This document shows positions 45,220 to 54,965 of a DNA stretch of 64,000 nucleotides, piece by piece. The translations under genes were made by a program, and so were the position numbers. The stretch is from an uncultured Gammaproteobacteria bacterium (GTDB lineage Bacteria; Pseudomonadota; Gammaproteobacteria; DRLM01), in assembly GCA_963729605.1 (NCBI GenBank), contig CAVSNY010000007.1:480001-544000 (forward strand). The letters run 5' to 3'. A model generated the notes under the pieces. The model made no database searches and was not told the origin of the DNA. It was given only the letters and a program-made list of their open reading frames with translations. The first letter of the stretch is position 1. Each line of letters starts with the position of its first letter.

Positions 45220-45918
45220 ATGCAATCGACCCTGAAGAAAATCAGTCGGAATCTACGTGTGCCCTACAATCGCGGCGTGGCATTCCGCCGCCTGTGCGAA
45301 TATCACGCCCGCCCGCGCGGCCTGGAGGAGACCGTGGACTGGGCCATGAGTTTCGGCGGCGGCGGCTATTATCTGATTAAAACCTTGCAGATCCCCGCCG
45401 AGATCACCGCCCTGGCCCGCGCCGTGGCGGCGCTCAAGCCGCGCACCATCCTCGAGATCGGCACGGCGCGCGGCGGCACCTTGCTGATCTGGTCCAGCCT
45501 GGCCGCGCAGCGGGTCATCAGCTGCGATTTACAGGACATGAGTCAGCAGCGCGAGTTGCTGGAGGCTTTGCCTCCGCCCGGTTCGTCTTGCAAGGTGACG
45601 CTGTTGTCCGGCAATTCCCACGATGCGGCCTTTCGGCGCCGGGTGGAGGCGGAATTGCGCGGCGAGCAGGTCGATCTGCTGTTCATCGACGGCGACCACA
45701 CCGAGGCCGGCGTGGAGCAGGACTACCGCGATTACCATCACCTGGTGCGGCCCGGCGGCATCATCGCCTTTCACGACATCGTGGAAAAACAGCCGCTGTC
45801 CACCAATCAGGTGTACCGGTTCTGGCAACGCGTCAAGCAGGAGGCGGTGACCGAGGAGTTCGTCGCCGACCCTCAGCAATGCGGTTTCGGCATCGGCATC
45901 ATCCGCATGCCGGAGTAG
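45220..45918 (+). CDS. Class I SAM-dependent methyltransferase (Methyltransf_24-like)
   Basis: GAGG RBS; ILEIGTARGG, LLFIDGDH, RPGGIIAFHD. Confidence 0.88.
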   Translation: MQSTLKKISRNLRVPYNRGVAFRRLCEYHARPRGLEETVDWAMSFGGGGYYLIKTLQIPAEITALARAVAALKPRTILEIGTARGGTLLIWSSLAAQRVISCDLQDMSQQRELLEALPPPGSSCKVTLLSGNSHDAAFRRRVEAELRGEQVDLLFIDGDHTEAGVEQDYRDYHHLVRPGGIIAFHDIVEKQPLSTNQVYRFWQRVKQEAVTEEFVADPQQCGFGIGIIRMPE

Positions 45919-46990
45919 ACATCGCGGCGGTGATCGCCTGCCGCAAGCGGGCGTTGATCGAGTCCTGGGAAAAATAATCGTCGAAGCTGCGCCGCGCCCG
46001 TGCGCCGTCCTCCGCCAGGGCCGCGCGCCGCTCGGCCAGTTCGGCCACCGCGTCCGCCAGGGCTTGCGCATCGCCCGCTTGCACCCAGTGCAGCCCGCTA
46101 TTTTCTCGCGTTAACAAGGCGGGCGGATAGGCGCCGCTCCGCAAGGTGACCACCGGCCGCGCGCAGGCCAGGGCCTGGTAAACCTTGTTGGGGATGACGC
46201 GCTGTGCCTTCGGCGTCGCGCCGAAGATGCCGAGCACGATGCTCGCGCGCCGGATGCGCGCCGGGAGCTGCGGGTAGGGCAGCCAGTCTTCGAAACTCAC
46301 CGTGGCCAGTCCTTGCGCGGCGCGCTCGCATTGTGCCCGCAACGGGCCGCTGCCCAGCAGGCACCAACGCAGCGGCGGGCCGCGATAGAGGCGCGCCGCT
46401 TCCACGATGATCTCCGGTCCTTGCAGCGGAATGAAGCTGCCGAAAAACAGCGCCTCCATGGGCTCGGCCCCGGCGGGCCAGGCTTGCGGGGTGAACAACT
46501 TTTCCTCGGCGCCCACCGGTACGACGTGAATCTTTTCCGCGTTCACCTCAAGCACCTCATGGAAAAACGCCGCGTGGGCCTCGGTGTCGGCGAGCACGGC
46601 GTCGGCCAGGGCGAATTGGCGTCGCTCGGTTTGCAGCAAACGCCGCGCGGCGGCGCCGTGTTCGTCGAGTTTGCCGCGTTCGAAAACCTGCTTGTCATAG
46701 GCGCTGATCAAGGGATCGAACAGCAGCGGCACGCCGCGGCGGCGCGCCCAGCGCGCGGCGGCGGCGATGTCGCGCTGACGGAAGCAGGGCACCCACACTA
46801 AATCGACGCGGTCGCGAAAACGCAGGACCGCTTCCCAGTCGCCCCAGCGGGAAAAACGCGGCTGAAAATCCAGCACCCGCCAACCCAGCGCGGCGTAACC
46901 CTGGCGCAGGATGCGGTTGCGGGAATAACTGGGGTCGGAACGGCCCCAGCACAATACGCCGCGCGGTGTAGAGGGTGTGGTATTTTTCAC
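45899..46990 (-). CDS. Glycosyltransferase (GT4-like)
   Basis: YSRNRIL, FFGSFIPLQG, LGIFG...KAQRVIPNKVYQALA; start uncertain. Confidence 0.82.
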   Translation of the reverse strand: MKNTTPSTPRGVLCWGRSDPSYSRNRILRQGYAALGWRVLDFQPRFSRWGDWEAVLRFRDRVDLVWVPCFRQRDIAAAARWARRRGVPLLFDPLISAYDKQVFERGKLDEHGAAARRLLQTERRQFALADAVLADTEAHAAFFHEVLEVNAEKIHVVPVGAEEKLFTPQAWPAGAEPMEALFFGSFIPLQGPEIIVEAARLYRGPPLRWCLLGSGPLRAQCERAAQGLATVSFEDWLPYPQLPARIRRASIVLGIFGATPKAQRVIPNKVYQALACARPVVTLRSGAYPPALLTRENSGLHWVQAGDAQALADAVAELAERRAALAEDGARARRSFDDYFSQDSINARLRQAITAAMSTPACG

Positions 46991-47107
46991 GGCGTGATTG
47001 TAGCAAGCCTGCCCTGCCGTGCGCGTATGAGTTGTGTGTCCTTCACGTCGCAGGCCGCGCATCGGTGCTAGACTTGGCCGAATTTATAAACACGCTACGG
47101 ACCCGCC

Positions 47108-47902
47108 ATGGAGAAGCTCTCGGTATTCGTCACCACGTTTAACAATGCCCGCACCCTGCGCGCCTGTCTGGAAAGCGTGAAGTGGGCCGACGAGATCGTG
47201 CTGCTGGATTCCTACAGCAGCGATGCCACGCTGGACATCGCCGGCGAGTTCGGCTGCCGCATCTTTCAGCATGAATTTCTCGGCTACGGCAAACAGAAAC
47301 AGTCGGCCATGGAGAAGACGACTCACCGTTGGGTGTTACTGTTGGACGCGGATGAAGCCCTCTCGCCCGAGTTGCAGTCCCAAGTGCAAAAGGTCTTGCG
47401 CGAGGGGCCGCGGGCCGACGGTTACGAGTTGCCGCGGCAGGAGCAGATGTTTTGGCGCATGGCCCATTCCGGCGGCCGCATGAATTATTTCCTGCGTTTC
47501 TTCGATAAGACCAAGGGCCGTTTGAGCGACATGCCGGTGCACGCCGCGCCCAAGGTGACCGGCACCCTCCGCCGGCTGCACGCGCCGTTTTATCACTACG
47601 GCGAGGTGAGCGTGCATGAGAAGGTGGACAAGGTGAACGCCTATTCCAGCGGACTGGTGGCCGATAAACTGGCCAAGGGCCGCCGCGCCCATCCCTGGAT
47701 CATGGTGTTTTATCCGCCGCTCTATTTTGTGCGCATCTATTTTTTCAAGCGCAACTTCCTCAACGGCTGGGCCGGTTTCATCGCCTCGGTGGTGAGCGCC
47801 TTTTATGTGTTTTTGAAATACGCCAAGCTTTACGAACATCAGCAACGCGCCGAACACGGCGACGGTCTTTTACCGCCGGGGGCGCCGCCTTCCAAGAAAT
47901 AA
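47108..47902 (+). CDS. Glycosyltransferase family 2 (KdtX/LgtF-like LPS core)
   Basis: LSVFVTTFN, LDSYSSD, GYGKQKQ, LLDADE, FLNGWAG. Confidence 0.88.
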   Translation: MEKLSVFVTTFNNARTLRACLESVKWADEIVLLDSYSSDATLDIAGEFGCRIFQHEFLGYGKQKQSAMEKTTHRWVLLLDADEALSPELQSQVQKVLREGPRADGYELPRQEQMFWRMAHSGGRMNYFLRFFDKTKGRLSDMPVHAAPKVTGTLRRLHAPFYHYGEVSVHEKVDKVNAYSSGLVADKLAKGRRAHPWIMVFYPPLYFVRIYFFKRNFLNGWAGFIASVVSAFYVFLKYAKLYEHQQRAEHGDGLLPPGAPPSKK

Positions 47903-48078
47903 GCCTCCAACGCAATGGCGCGAAGACGCAAAGAGCGAATCAGCTTTGAGTTTCACGAGGGATGGGTATCAGGTTTCGAAAATCAGCATAACGGCCGATT
48001 AACCCGGCAACTAATTTAAAGAAGAATCGAACACCACCCTGTCCGCTTCGCAGCCGGGCCTCATTAGCAAAAGAGCAA

Positions 48079-48536
48079 ACCACCCCGGCCCTGCGGGCCA
48101 CCCCTCCTTGAAAAGGAGGGGATGAACCTGTCTTGTTTCATCCCCCCCTCGCGAGCGCTTCAAAGGCCTAATAAAACCCGGAGCCGCTCAGGGTGGCAAG
48201 CGACGCCAACCACCCCGCGCCGAGGCCAATTATGCGTGGCGGGAATTCAAACCACCCCGTCCGCTGCGCGGCCCTCCTTGAAAAAGGAGGGGATGAACCT
48301 GTTTTGTTTCATCCCCCCCTCGCGAGCGCTTCAAAGGCCTAATAAAACCCGGAGCCGCTCAGGGTGGCAAGCGACGCCAACCACCCCGCGCCGAGGCCAA
48401 TTATGCGTGGCGGGAATTCAAACCACCCCGTCCGCTGCGCGGCCCTCCTTGAAAAAGGAGGGGATGAACCTGTTTTGTTTCATCCCCTCCTCCCACGCTT
48501 TTCGTGGGAGGAGGGGTGCCCGAAGGGCGGGGTGGT
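48079..48536. repeat. Palindromic repeat array with a 171 bp tandem duplication
   Basis: ACCACCCCG...CCCTCCTTGAAAA(A)GGAGGGGATGAACCTG units with ATG at 48122, 48293 and 48464; closing inverted unit TCCCCTCCTCCCA..TGGGAGGAGGGG..CGGGGTGGT. Confidence 0.9.
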
Positions 48537-48554
48537 GGGCCTATCTCCCCCCCG

Positions 48555-48598
48555 CACAGCGCAAACCTTGGCGAGTCCCCCGGCATGGCCGGGGGCTT
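48555..48598 (-). repeat. IS200/IS605-like terminal hairpin remnant
   Basis: Minus strand AAGCCCCCGGCCATGCCGGGGGACTCGCCAAGG; no tnpA nearby. Confidence 0.4.
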
Positions 48599-48776
48599 GC
48601 CTCGATTAATTAAAGTCGCGAGACCGAGGTCAATTCGCACATGGAGGCGCGAAATGTTTCCTGAAGGCCACGACACATCGACATTGAAAGATCAGTCTGA
48701 TTGGCATTGCGGCGGAATAGGATGAGCGGGTTCTGATATTGACGACCCATGACTTCGCGTCTTTGCATTGAATGTT

Positions 48777-49835
48777 TCAAACCGCGCCGAGTTGCCGCAG
48801 CGCGCTGAATACCGCTTCCGGGCTCACCAATTCCATGCAGCTGTGATGGCTGCAATGTTTGCGGTAGCAGTTGATGCAGTGGATGTCCGCTTGCAGGGCC
48901 AGCACATTGTCGCCGAGCGGTTTGACCCGGCGCGGATCGGTGGGGCCGCACACCACCACCTGCGGGGTGGGCGTGCTGGACGCGACGTGGGCGGTGCCGG
49001 TGTCGTTGGCGACGATGCAGCCGGCGCCTTCGCAAATCGGCACCAGATCCAGGATCTCGGTGAGTCCGCAGAGATTGATCACCCACTCGCCGCAGGCCTG
49101 TTGGATACGAGCGCATTCTTCCATTTCGTCTTTGGCGCCGAGGATCACGATGCGCTCATAACCCGCCTCGCGCAGATACAGGGCGAGGGCGCTGTAGCGC
49201 AAGGCGCCCCAGCGTTTGAGATAACCCGCCGCCTGACAACCGGGCAGGAACACCGCGTAGCGGGTGTCCGCGCCGATGCCGTGGCCGCGTAACAAGTCGG
49301 CGGCGCGCTGGCGGTGGCGCGGCGGCACGAACAGCGTCGGTCGCGGGGTGACGGTAGGAATGCCGCCGGCCCGCAGCGCGGCGCGCAGATGTTCGAAGGC
49401 GTGCACCGCGGGCGGCTGCGGGCCGGGCGCGACGGTGTAGGGAAAGCGGCGATGGGTGCCGAGGCGATAGGGAACCCGCGTCCCGCTGGCCAGCAGCAGG
49501 GTGTGCAGGATGCGGGCGCGGTCGGTGGATTGCAGATCGACGATCAAGTCGTAGTTTCCGCGCCGTATTTCGCGCAGCCATTGCAGCATGGCGCGCGTGC
49601 CTTTGCGCACCGGGATGGCAATGACCTTGCGGAAGCGCGGATCGTCGCGGAACAGCGGCGCCCACGGCGGCAGGGTGTTGACGTCGATCTCCGCCGCGGG
49701 AAAGGCGCGCCGCACGTCTTCCATCAAGGCGGTGCTGATCACCACGTCGCCCATCGCGCTCCACTTCATGATGAGGATGCGGCGGATGTCGCCGCGCGCG
49801 GGCAGGTCGATCACGATCTCATTCCCGGTAGACAT
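48777..49835 (-). CDS. Glycosyltransferase family 9 (heptosyltransferase-like)
   Basis: ILIMKWSAMGDVV, YDLIVDLQ, KRW, VANDTGTAHVA, CGPTDP. Confidence 0.9.
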   Translation of the reverse strand: MSTGNEIVIDLPARGDIRRILIMKWSAMGDVVISTALMEDVRRAFPAAEIDVNTLPPWAPLFRDDPRFRKVIAIPVRKGTRAMLQWLREIRRGNYDLIVDLQSTDRARILHTLLLASGTRVPYRLGTHRRFPYTVAPGPQPPAVHAFEHLRAALRAGGIPTVTPRPTLFVPPRHRQRAADLLRGHGIGADTRYAVFLPGCQAAGYLKRWGALRYSALALYLREAGYERIVILGAKDEMEECARIQQACGEWVINLCGLTEILDLVPICEGAGCIVANDTGTAHVASSTPTPQVVVCGPTDPRRVKPLGDNVLALQADIHCINCYRKHCSHHSCMELVSPEAVFSALRQLGAV

Positions 49836-50742
49836 CGGGCTCTCCCGGCGGGCGGGTCTTGAAGCGGCGGTGCACCCACAGATATTGCTCGGGGATGCGC
49901 CGCGCTTGCGCCTCGATGGCCTGATTGATGCGCGCGGCGTCGGCGTTCAAGTCGCCGCTGGGATAGCCGCTCAGGGGCGCCTGCAAGCTGATGTGATAGC
50001 CTTGCGCGCCGGGCAGGCGTTGCGCCAGCACCGGGATCACCGGCGCGCCGCTGGTCTGGGCGATGCGCGAAGTGGCGGTGATGGTGGCGGCGGGTACGCC
50101 GAAGAAGGGCGCGAAGGCGCTGAGTTTGCCGGCGTAGTTTTGATCGGGGGAGTACCACAGCGCCTCGTTGTTTTTCAGGGCGCGGTACATGGCGCGCAGA
50201 TCGGTGTGGGGCACGATCGCGGCGCAGTGCCGGCGGTGCACGCGTTCCAGGATGTGTTGGTAAAGCGGGTTCTTGTGTTCGCGATACGTCACATGCAGCG
50301 GCGCGTGCAGGGCCAGCAGGCGCGCGATCAACTCCATGGTGGTGAAATGGCCCACCAGCACGATGGCGCCTTTGTCTTGCGCAAAGGCGGCTTGCAGATG
50401 TTCCAGGCCGTCCACCCGCACCAGCGGCCGCAATTTTTGCGTGGGGGCGAACCAGCTCATCGCCGTTTCCATGAAGGCGATGCCCACCGCTTCGAGGTGC
50501 TTGGCCAACAAGATCCGCCGTTCATCCTCGTTCAGCTCCGGCAGGCACAGGCGGAGATTCACCTCGGCGATGCGGCGGCGGCGTCCGCCCAGGGCGTTGA
50601 ACACCCGTCCCAGCATACGCCCGAGGCCCAGCTGCGCGCGGAACGGCAGGTGCGCCAGACACCACATGACGCCCAGCCCCAGCCAGGTGGGCCAGTAACG
50701 GGGGGACAGGAAATGCGGGTTGGTGGGCGGGGTGTCGGTCAC
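49819..50742 (-). CDS. lpxL: Lipid A late acyltransferase (LpxL/LpxP family)
   Basis: SPRYWPTW, HFTTME, YSPDQNY, PEQYLWVHRRFKTRP. Confidence 0.9.
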   Translation of the reverse strand: MTDTPPTNPHFLSPRYWPTWLGLGVMWCLAHLPFRAQLGLGRMLGRVFNALGGRRRRIAEVNLRLCLPELNEDERRILLAKHLEAVGIAFMETAMSWFAPTQKLRPLVRVDGLEHLQAAFAQDKGAIVLVGHFTTMELIARLLALHAPLHVTYREHKNPLYQHILERVHRRHCAAIVPHTDLRAMYRALKNNEALWYSPDQNYAGKLSAFAPFFGVPAATITATSRIAQTSGAPVIPVLAQRLPGAQGYHISLQAPLSGYPSGDLNADAARINQAIEAQARRIPEQYLWVHRRFKTRPPGEPDVYRE

Positions 50743-50840
50743 GATGAAATGGACGAAATGAATAAGCGCGCATTCTACCGGCCGCGCCCGCCGCCGCGCA
50801 AAGGCCGGCGTGTTAAGATACGCGCCAACCGGGGGGCGCG

Positions 50841-52263
50841 ATGAAGATTCATATTCCCAATTTCGACAAGGCCCGCGTGCTGGTGGTCGGCGATGTGATG
50901 CTCGACCGCTATTGGCACGGCGCGACTTCGCGCATCTCGCCCGAGGCGCCGGTGCCGGTGGTGCGGGTCGAACAGGCCGAGGACCGTCCCGGCGGCGCGG
51001 GCAACGTGGCCTTGAATGTCGCGGCGCTGGGCGCGGCCGCCAGCCTGATCGCCGTCACCGGCGAGGACGAGGCGGCGCGCACCCTCACCCAGCAGCTCAG
51101 CGCCGCGGGCGTGGCCTGTGATTTCGAACGGTTGCCCGGCGTGCCGACGGTGAGCAAGCTGCGGGTGATCTCGCGGCACCAGCAGTTGATCCGCCTCGAT
51201 TTCGAAAGCAGCCTGCCGGGTTTCGCCCCCGCGCTGCTGATCGTCCGTTTGCGCGAGGCCCTGCCCGGCGCGGACGTGGTGCTGCTGTCCGATTACGGCA
51301 AGGGCGCGCTGACGGCGGTGAGCGAATTGATCGCCGCGGCGCGCGCCGCCGGCAAGCCGGTGCTGGTGGACCCCAAGGGCCGCGACTTCAGCCTCTATCG
51401 CGGCGCGACGCTGGTGACGCCCAATCTCGCCGAGTTCGAGGCGGTGGCGGGCGCCTGCCGCGATCAAGACGAATTGGTGAACAAAGGCATGGCCCTGCTG
51501 GCGGCGCAGCAATTCGAGGCGCTGCTGATCACCCGCGGCGAACAGGGCATGACCCTGCTGCAACGCGGCAAAGAGGCCTTGCATCTGCCGACCCGCGCGC
51601 GCGAGGTGTACGACGTCACCGGCGCCGGCGACACGGTGATCGCCGCGCTGGCGGCGGCGCTGGCGGCGGGCGAATCCTTGCCGCAGGCCACCGCCTTCGC
51701 CAATCTCGCCGCCGGCATCGTGGTGGGTAAGCTCGGCACGGCCACGGTGAGCGTGCCCGAGATCCGCCGCGCCTTGCGCGAAGACTACGCGCCGGAACGC
51801 GGCGTGTTGAACGAAGAACAATTGCTGGCGGCGGCGGCCGACGCGCGCGCCCACGGCGAGACCATCGTCATGACCAACGGTTGTTTCGACATCCTCCACA
51901 CCGGGCACGTCGCCTATTTGGAGGCCGCGCGCAAACTGGGCGATCGTTTGATCGTCGCGGTGAACGACGATGATTCGGTGCGCCGCCTCAAAGGCGCGAC
52001 GCGGCCGGTGAATAGTTTGGATCACCGCATGGCGGTGTTGGCGGCCTTGAAGAGCGTGGACTGGGTCGTGCCGTTTTCCGAAGACACCCCGGAGCGCTTG
52101 ATTTGCAGAGTGCTGCCGGATTATCTGGTGAAAGGCGGCGATTACCGGCCCGAGCAGATCGCCGGCCATCACTGTGTCACCGGGAACGGCGGCCGAGGTG
52201 ATCATCGTCGATTTCATCGAAGGCCATTCCACGACGCGGATTATCGAGCGTTGCAAACTGTGA
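50841..52263 (+). CDS. hldE: Bifunctional heptose kinase/adenylyltransferase HldE, +1 frameshift near the C-terminus (~52194)
   Basis: [42 protein letters not shown]; canonical tail [17 protein letters not shown] lies in the +1 frame. Confidence 0.93.
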
Positions 52264-52267
52264 GGAA

Positions 52268-53234
52268 ATGCCTGTGATCATCGTGACCGGCGGCGCCGGG
52301 TTTATCGGCAGCAATCTGGTGCAGGCGCTCAATGCGCGCGGGCGTAATGACGTTCTCGTGGTGGACAATCTCGAGCGCGGCGCAGAAGTTCGTCAATCTC
52401 GCCGATTGCGACATCGCCGATTATCTCGACAAGGACGACTTCATCAATCGCGTCGAAGCGGGCGGCGAGTTCGGCGGCAAGCTCGAGGCGGTGTTCCATC
52501 AGGGCGCCTGTTCCGCCACCACCGAGTGGGACGGCCGCTACTTGATGCGCAACAACTACGAATATTCGAAGCGTTTGTTGCATTATTGCCTCGCGCGGCG
52601 CATCCCGTTCATCTACGCCTCGTCGGCGGCGGTGTACGGCGCCGGCCCGGTGTTCAAGGAGGGACGCGAACACGAGACGCCGCTCAACGCCTACGGCTAT
52701 TCCAAATTTCAGTTCGACGCCTATGTGCGCCGGCTGTTGCCGCGGGCGCGCAGCCAGATCGCGGGGTTGCGTTACTTCAATGTCTACGGTCCGCGCGAGA
52801 GGCACAAGGGCGGCATGGCCAGCGTGGCCTTTCATCTCAACACGCAAGCGCTGAACGGCGAGCACTTGAAGTTGTTCGAAGGTTGCGACGGTTACGGCGA
52901 CGGCGAACAGCGCCGTGATTTTGTCTATGTCGGCGACGCGGTGGACGTCAATCTCTGGTTATTGGACCATCCGGCGGTGTCCGGCATTTTCAATGTGGGC
53001 AGCGGCCGCAGTCAGCCCTTCAACGACGTGGCGCGCGCGGTGATCGCCTGGCACGGCGCCGGCGGGATTGACTACATCCCCTTTCCCGAGTCCTTGCGCG
53101 GGCGTTATCAAAGTTTCACCGAGGCGGACATCGGCGCCTTGCGCGCCGCCGGTTACACCAAGCCGTTTCTCAGCGTGGAGCAAGGCGTGAAATTATATCT
53201 CGACCAACTCAATCATGATCGGGCGCGGCCGTGA
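52268..53234 (+). CDS. hldD: ADP-L-glycero-D-manno-heptose 6-epimerase, +1 frameshift at ~52382
   Basis: [13 protein letters not shown] in the first frame; KFVNL, FHQGACS.TTE, YASSAA, YGYSK, RYFNVYG in the +1 frame. Confidence 0.9.
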
Positions 53235-53338
53235 ACGGCTTCGATTTGCAACGGTCGGTGGCCGGGCACCGCGCCGCACGCCTCCAGGAGTCCCATATCC
53301 TGATACTGCATTTGTTGTGCGAGGGTTTGGATGCGTGA
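53231..53338 (+). pseudogene. gmhA: 35-codon remnant of phosphoheptose isomerase gmhA
   Basis: GTG overlaps the hldD stop; reads [35 protein letters not shown], matching the GmhA C-terminal ARIQE.H....H..C motif. Confidence 0.7.
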
Positions 53339-53387
53339 GCATTTCAGTAGCGCGATTCTCTCTCGCCAGCCTTGAGAATGGATCGCC

Positions 53388-54641
53388 TTGCGCTACCTCT
53401 ACAGCCTGCTGCTCTATTTACTGATTCCCGCCGTCATCGCGCGCCTGCTGTGGCGCAGCCGCCGCGCGCCCGCCTATCGCCGCCGCTGGGCGGAACGTTT
53501 CGGGTTTATCACGCCCCTGCCGGTGACCGGTGTGGTGTGGGTGCACGCGGTGTCGGTGGGGGAGACCTTGGCGGCGGCACCGCTGATCAAGGCGCTGGCG
53601 GCGCAGGGTGAGCCGGTGCTGGTGACGACGACCACGCCGACCGGGTCGGATCGGGTGCGGGCGCTGTTCGGCAATAACGTGTATCACTGGTATTGTCCCT
53701 ATGATCTGCCCGACGCGGCACGGCGTTTTTTGCGGCGCACCCGGCCCAAGCTCGCGATCATCATGGAGACCGAGTTGTGGCCCAATCTCTTCCACGCCTG
53801 TGCCCGTGAAAAAATTCCGTTGATCGTCGCCAATGCCCGCATGTCGGAACGTTCGGCGCGGGCCTACGGCCGGGTGGCCGCCTTCACCCGCGCGATCCTG
53901 GCCGACGTGACCCTGGTGGCGGCGCAGGGCGAGGCCGACGCCGCGCGGTTGCGGGCCCTGGGCGCGCGCGACGTGCGGGTCACCGGTAATATCAAATTCG
54001 ATTTGCACCTTCCGGCCAGTCTGCTGGAACAGGCGGCGGTGTTGCGCCGCGCCTGGGGCGAGGACCGCTTGGTATGGGTGGCGGCCAGCACCCACGCCGG
54101 CGAGGACGAACAGGTGTTGGACGCCTTCGCGCGGGTGCGGCTCGCCCTGCCCGACTGTCTGCTGGTGCTGGTGCCGCGCCACCCCGAGCGTTTCGACGAG
54201 GTCGCGGCCTTGTGCCGTCAGCGCGGTTTCGCCGTGGCGCGCCGCAGTGAACAACCGCTGTGCGATAGGGAGACGGCGGTGTTTCTGGTCGATCGCATGG
54301 GCGAGCTGCCGGTGTTTTACGCGGCGGGCGACGTGGCCTTCGTCGGCGGCAGCCTGGTGGCCACCGGCGGCCACAATGTGCTGGAGCCCGCCGCCCTGGG
54401 CAAGCCGGTGCTCGTGGGGCCGCATACCTTCAATTTTCTCGACATCACCCGCCAATTGATCGCCGCGGGCGGGGCGGTGGAAATAAGCGATGCGGAGCAA
54501 TTGACCGAAGCGGCGCTGCGTTATCTGGCCGACGCCAATCTGCGCGATACCGCCGGGCACCGGGGTCGCGCCTTGGTGGAAGAAAACCGCGGCGCGTTGG
54601 CGCGCTTGCAGAGCTTGCTCAACGAGTATCTGCGGCCGTGA
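53388..54641 (+). CDS. waaA: Kdo transferase
   Basis: WVHAVSVGE, METELWPN, GNIKFD, ASTH.GE, VPRHPERF, GGHNVLEP. Confidence 0.96.
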   Translation: MRYLYSLLLYLLIPAVIARLLWRSRRAPAYRRRWAERFGFITPLPVTGVVWVHAVSVGETLAAAPLIKALAAQGEPVLVTTTTPTGSDRVRALFGNNVYHWYCPYDLPDAARRFLRRTRPKLAIIMETELWPNLFHACAREKIPLIVANARMSERSARAYGRVAAFTRAILADVTLVAAQGEADAARLRALGARDVRVTGNIKFDLHLPASLLEQAAVLRRAWGEDRLVWVAASTHAGEDEQVLDAFARVRLALPDCLLVLVPRHPERFDEVAALCRQRGFAVARRSEQPLCDRETAVFLVDRMGELPVFYAAGDVAFVGGSLVATGGHNVLEPAALGKPVLVGPHTFNFLDITRQLIAAGGAVEISDAEQLTEAALRYLADANLRDTAGHRGRALVEENRGALARLQSLLNEYLRP

Positions 54642-54677
54642 ATGAGTCCGCCGCCGAACATCGCCGCTTTACCCTAA

Positions 54678-54820
54678 GGAACCAGTGATTTCAAAGGTTC
54701 CTTGGACGCAAGGATGTGCGTGCATTTTCAATGGCGTTATTGAAAATGAAGGGGAGCGAGAATCCCATTTTCGCTCCCCCGTGTTCTGAAAATTCCAGGG
54801 TGGAATTATCCAGCGCCCCC
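54678..54820 (-). mobile_element. MITE-like five-hairpin element, copy C
   Basis: Homologous to copies A and B; CTAA on both sides (54674-77, 54821-24). Confidence 0.8.
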
Positions 54821-54965
54821 CTAAAAAACCGCGGATGCAAATCAGGGAGATCACAGGGAAGCGGGATGTTGCGGCATGGACGAATTCACCTGTCGTTGCC
54901 GAGGACGCGAAGCCGTTTGTTTTACTCCGGGTCCTCTGTGGCCAACTGCTTTTTTCGGTGTTTTC

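Noticed and set aside
48079-48536. Possible CRISPR array
   Set aside because: Period is 171 bp with identical intervening sequence rather than unique 30-40 bp spacers, and no cas genes are present
48122-48613. 163 aa repetitive ORF
   Set aside because: Arises from a repeat period divisible by 3; codon usage is atypical and no domain is recognisable
52184-52194. GAACGGCGG next to the hldE frameshift as a programmed recoding signal
   Set aside because: The motif is common Asn-Gly-Gly coding, occurs in intact genes, and is absent at the ilvE and hldD shifts
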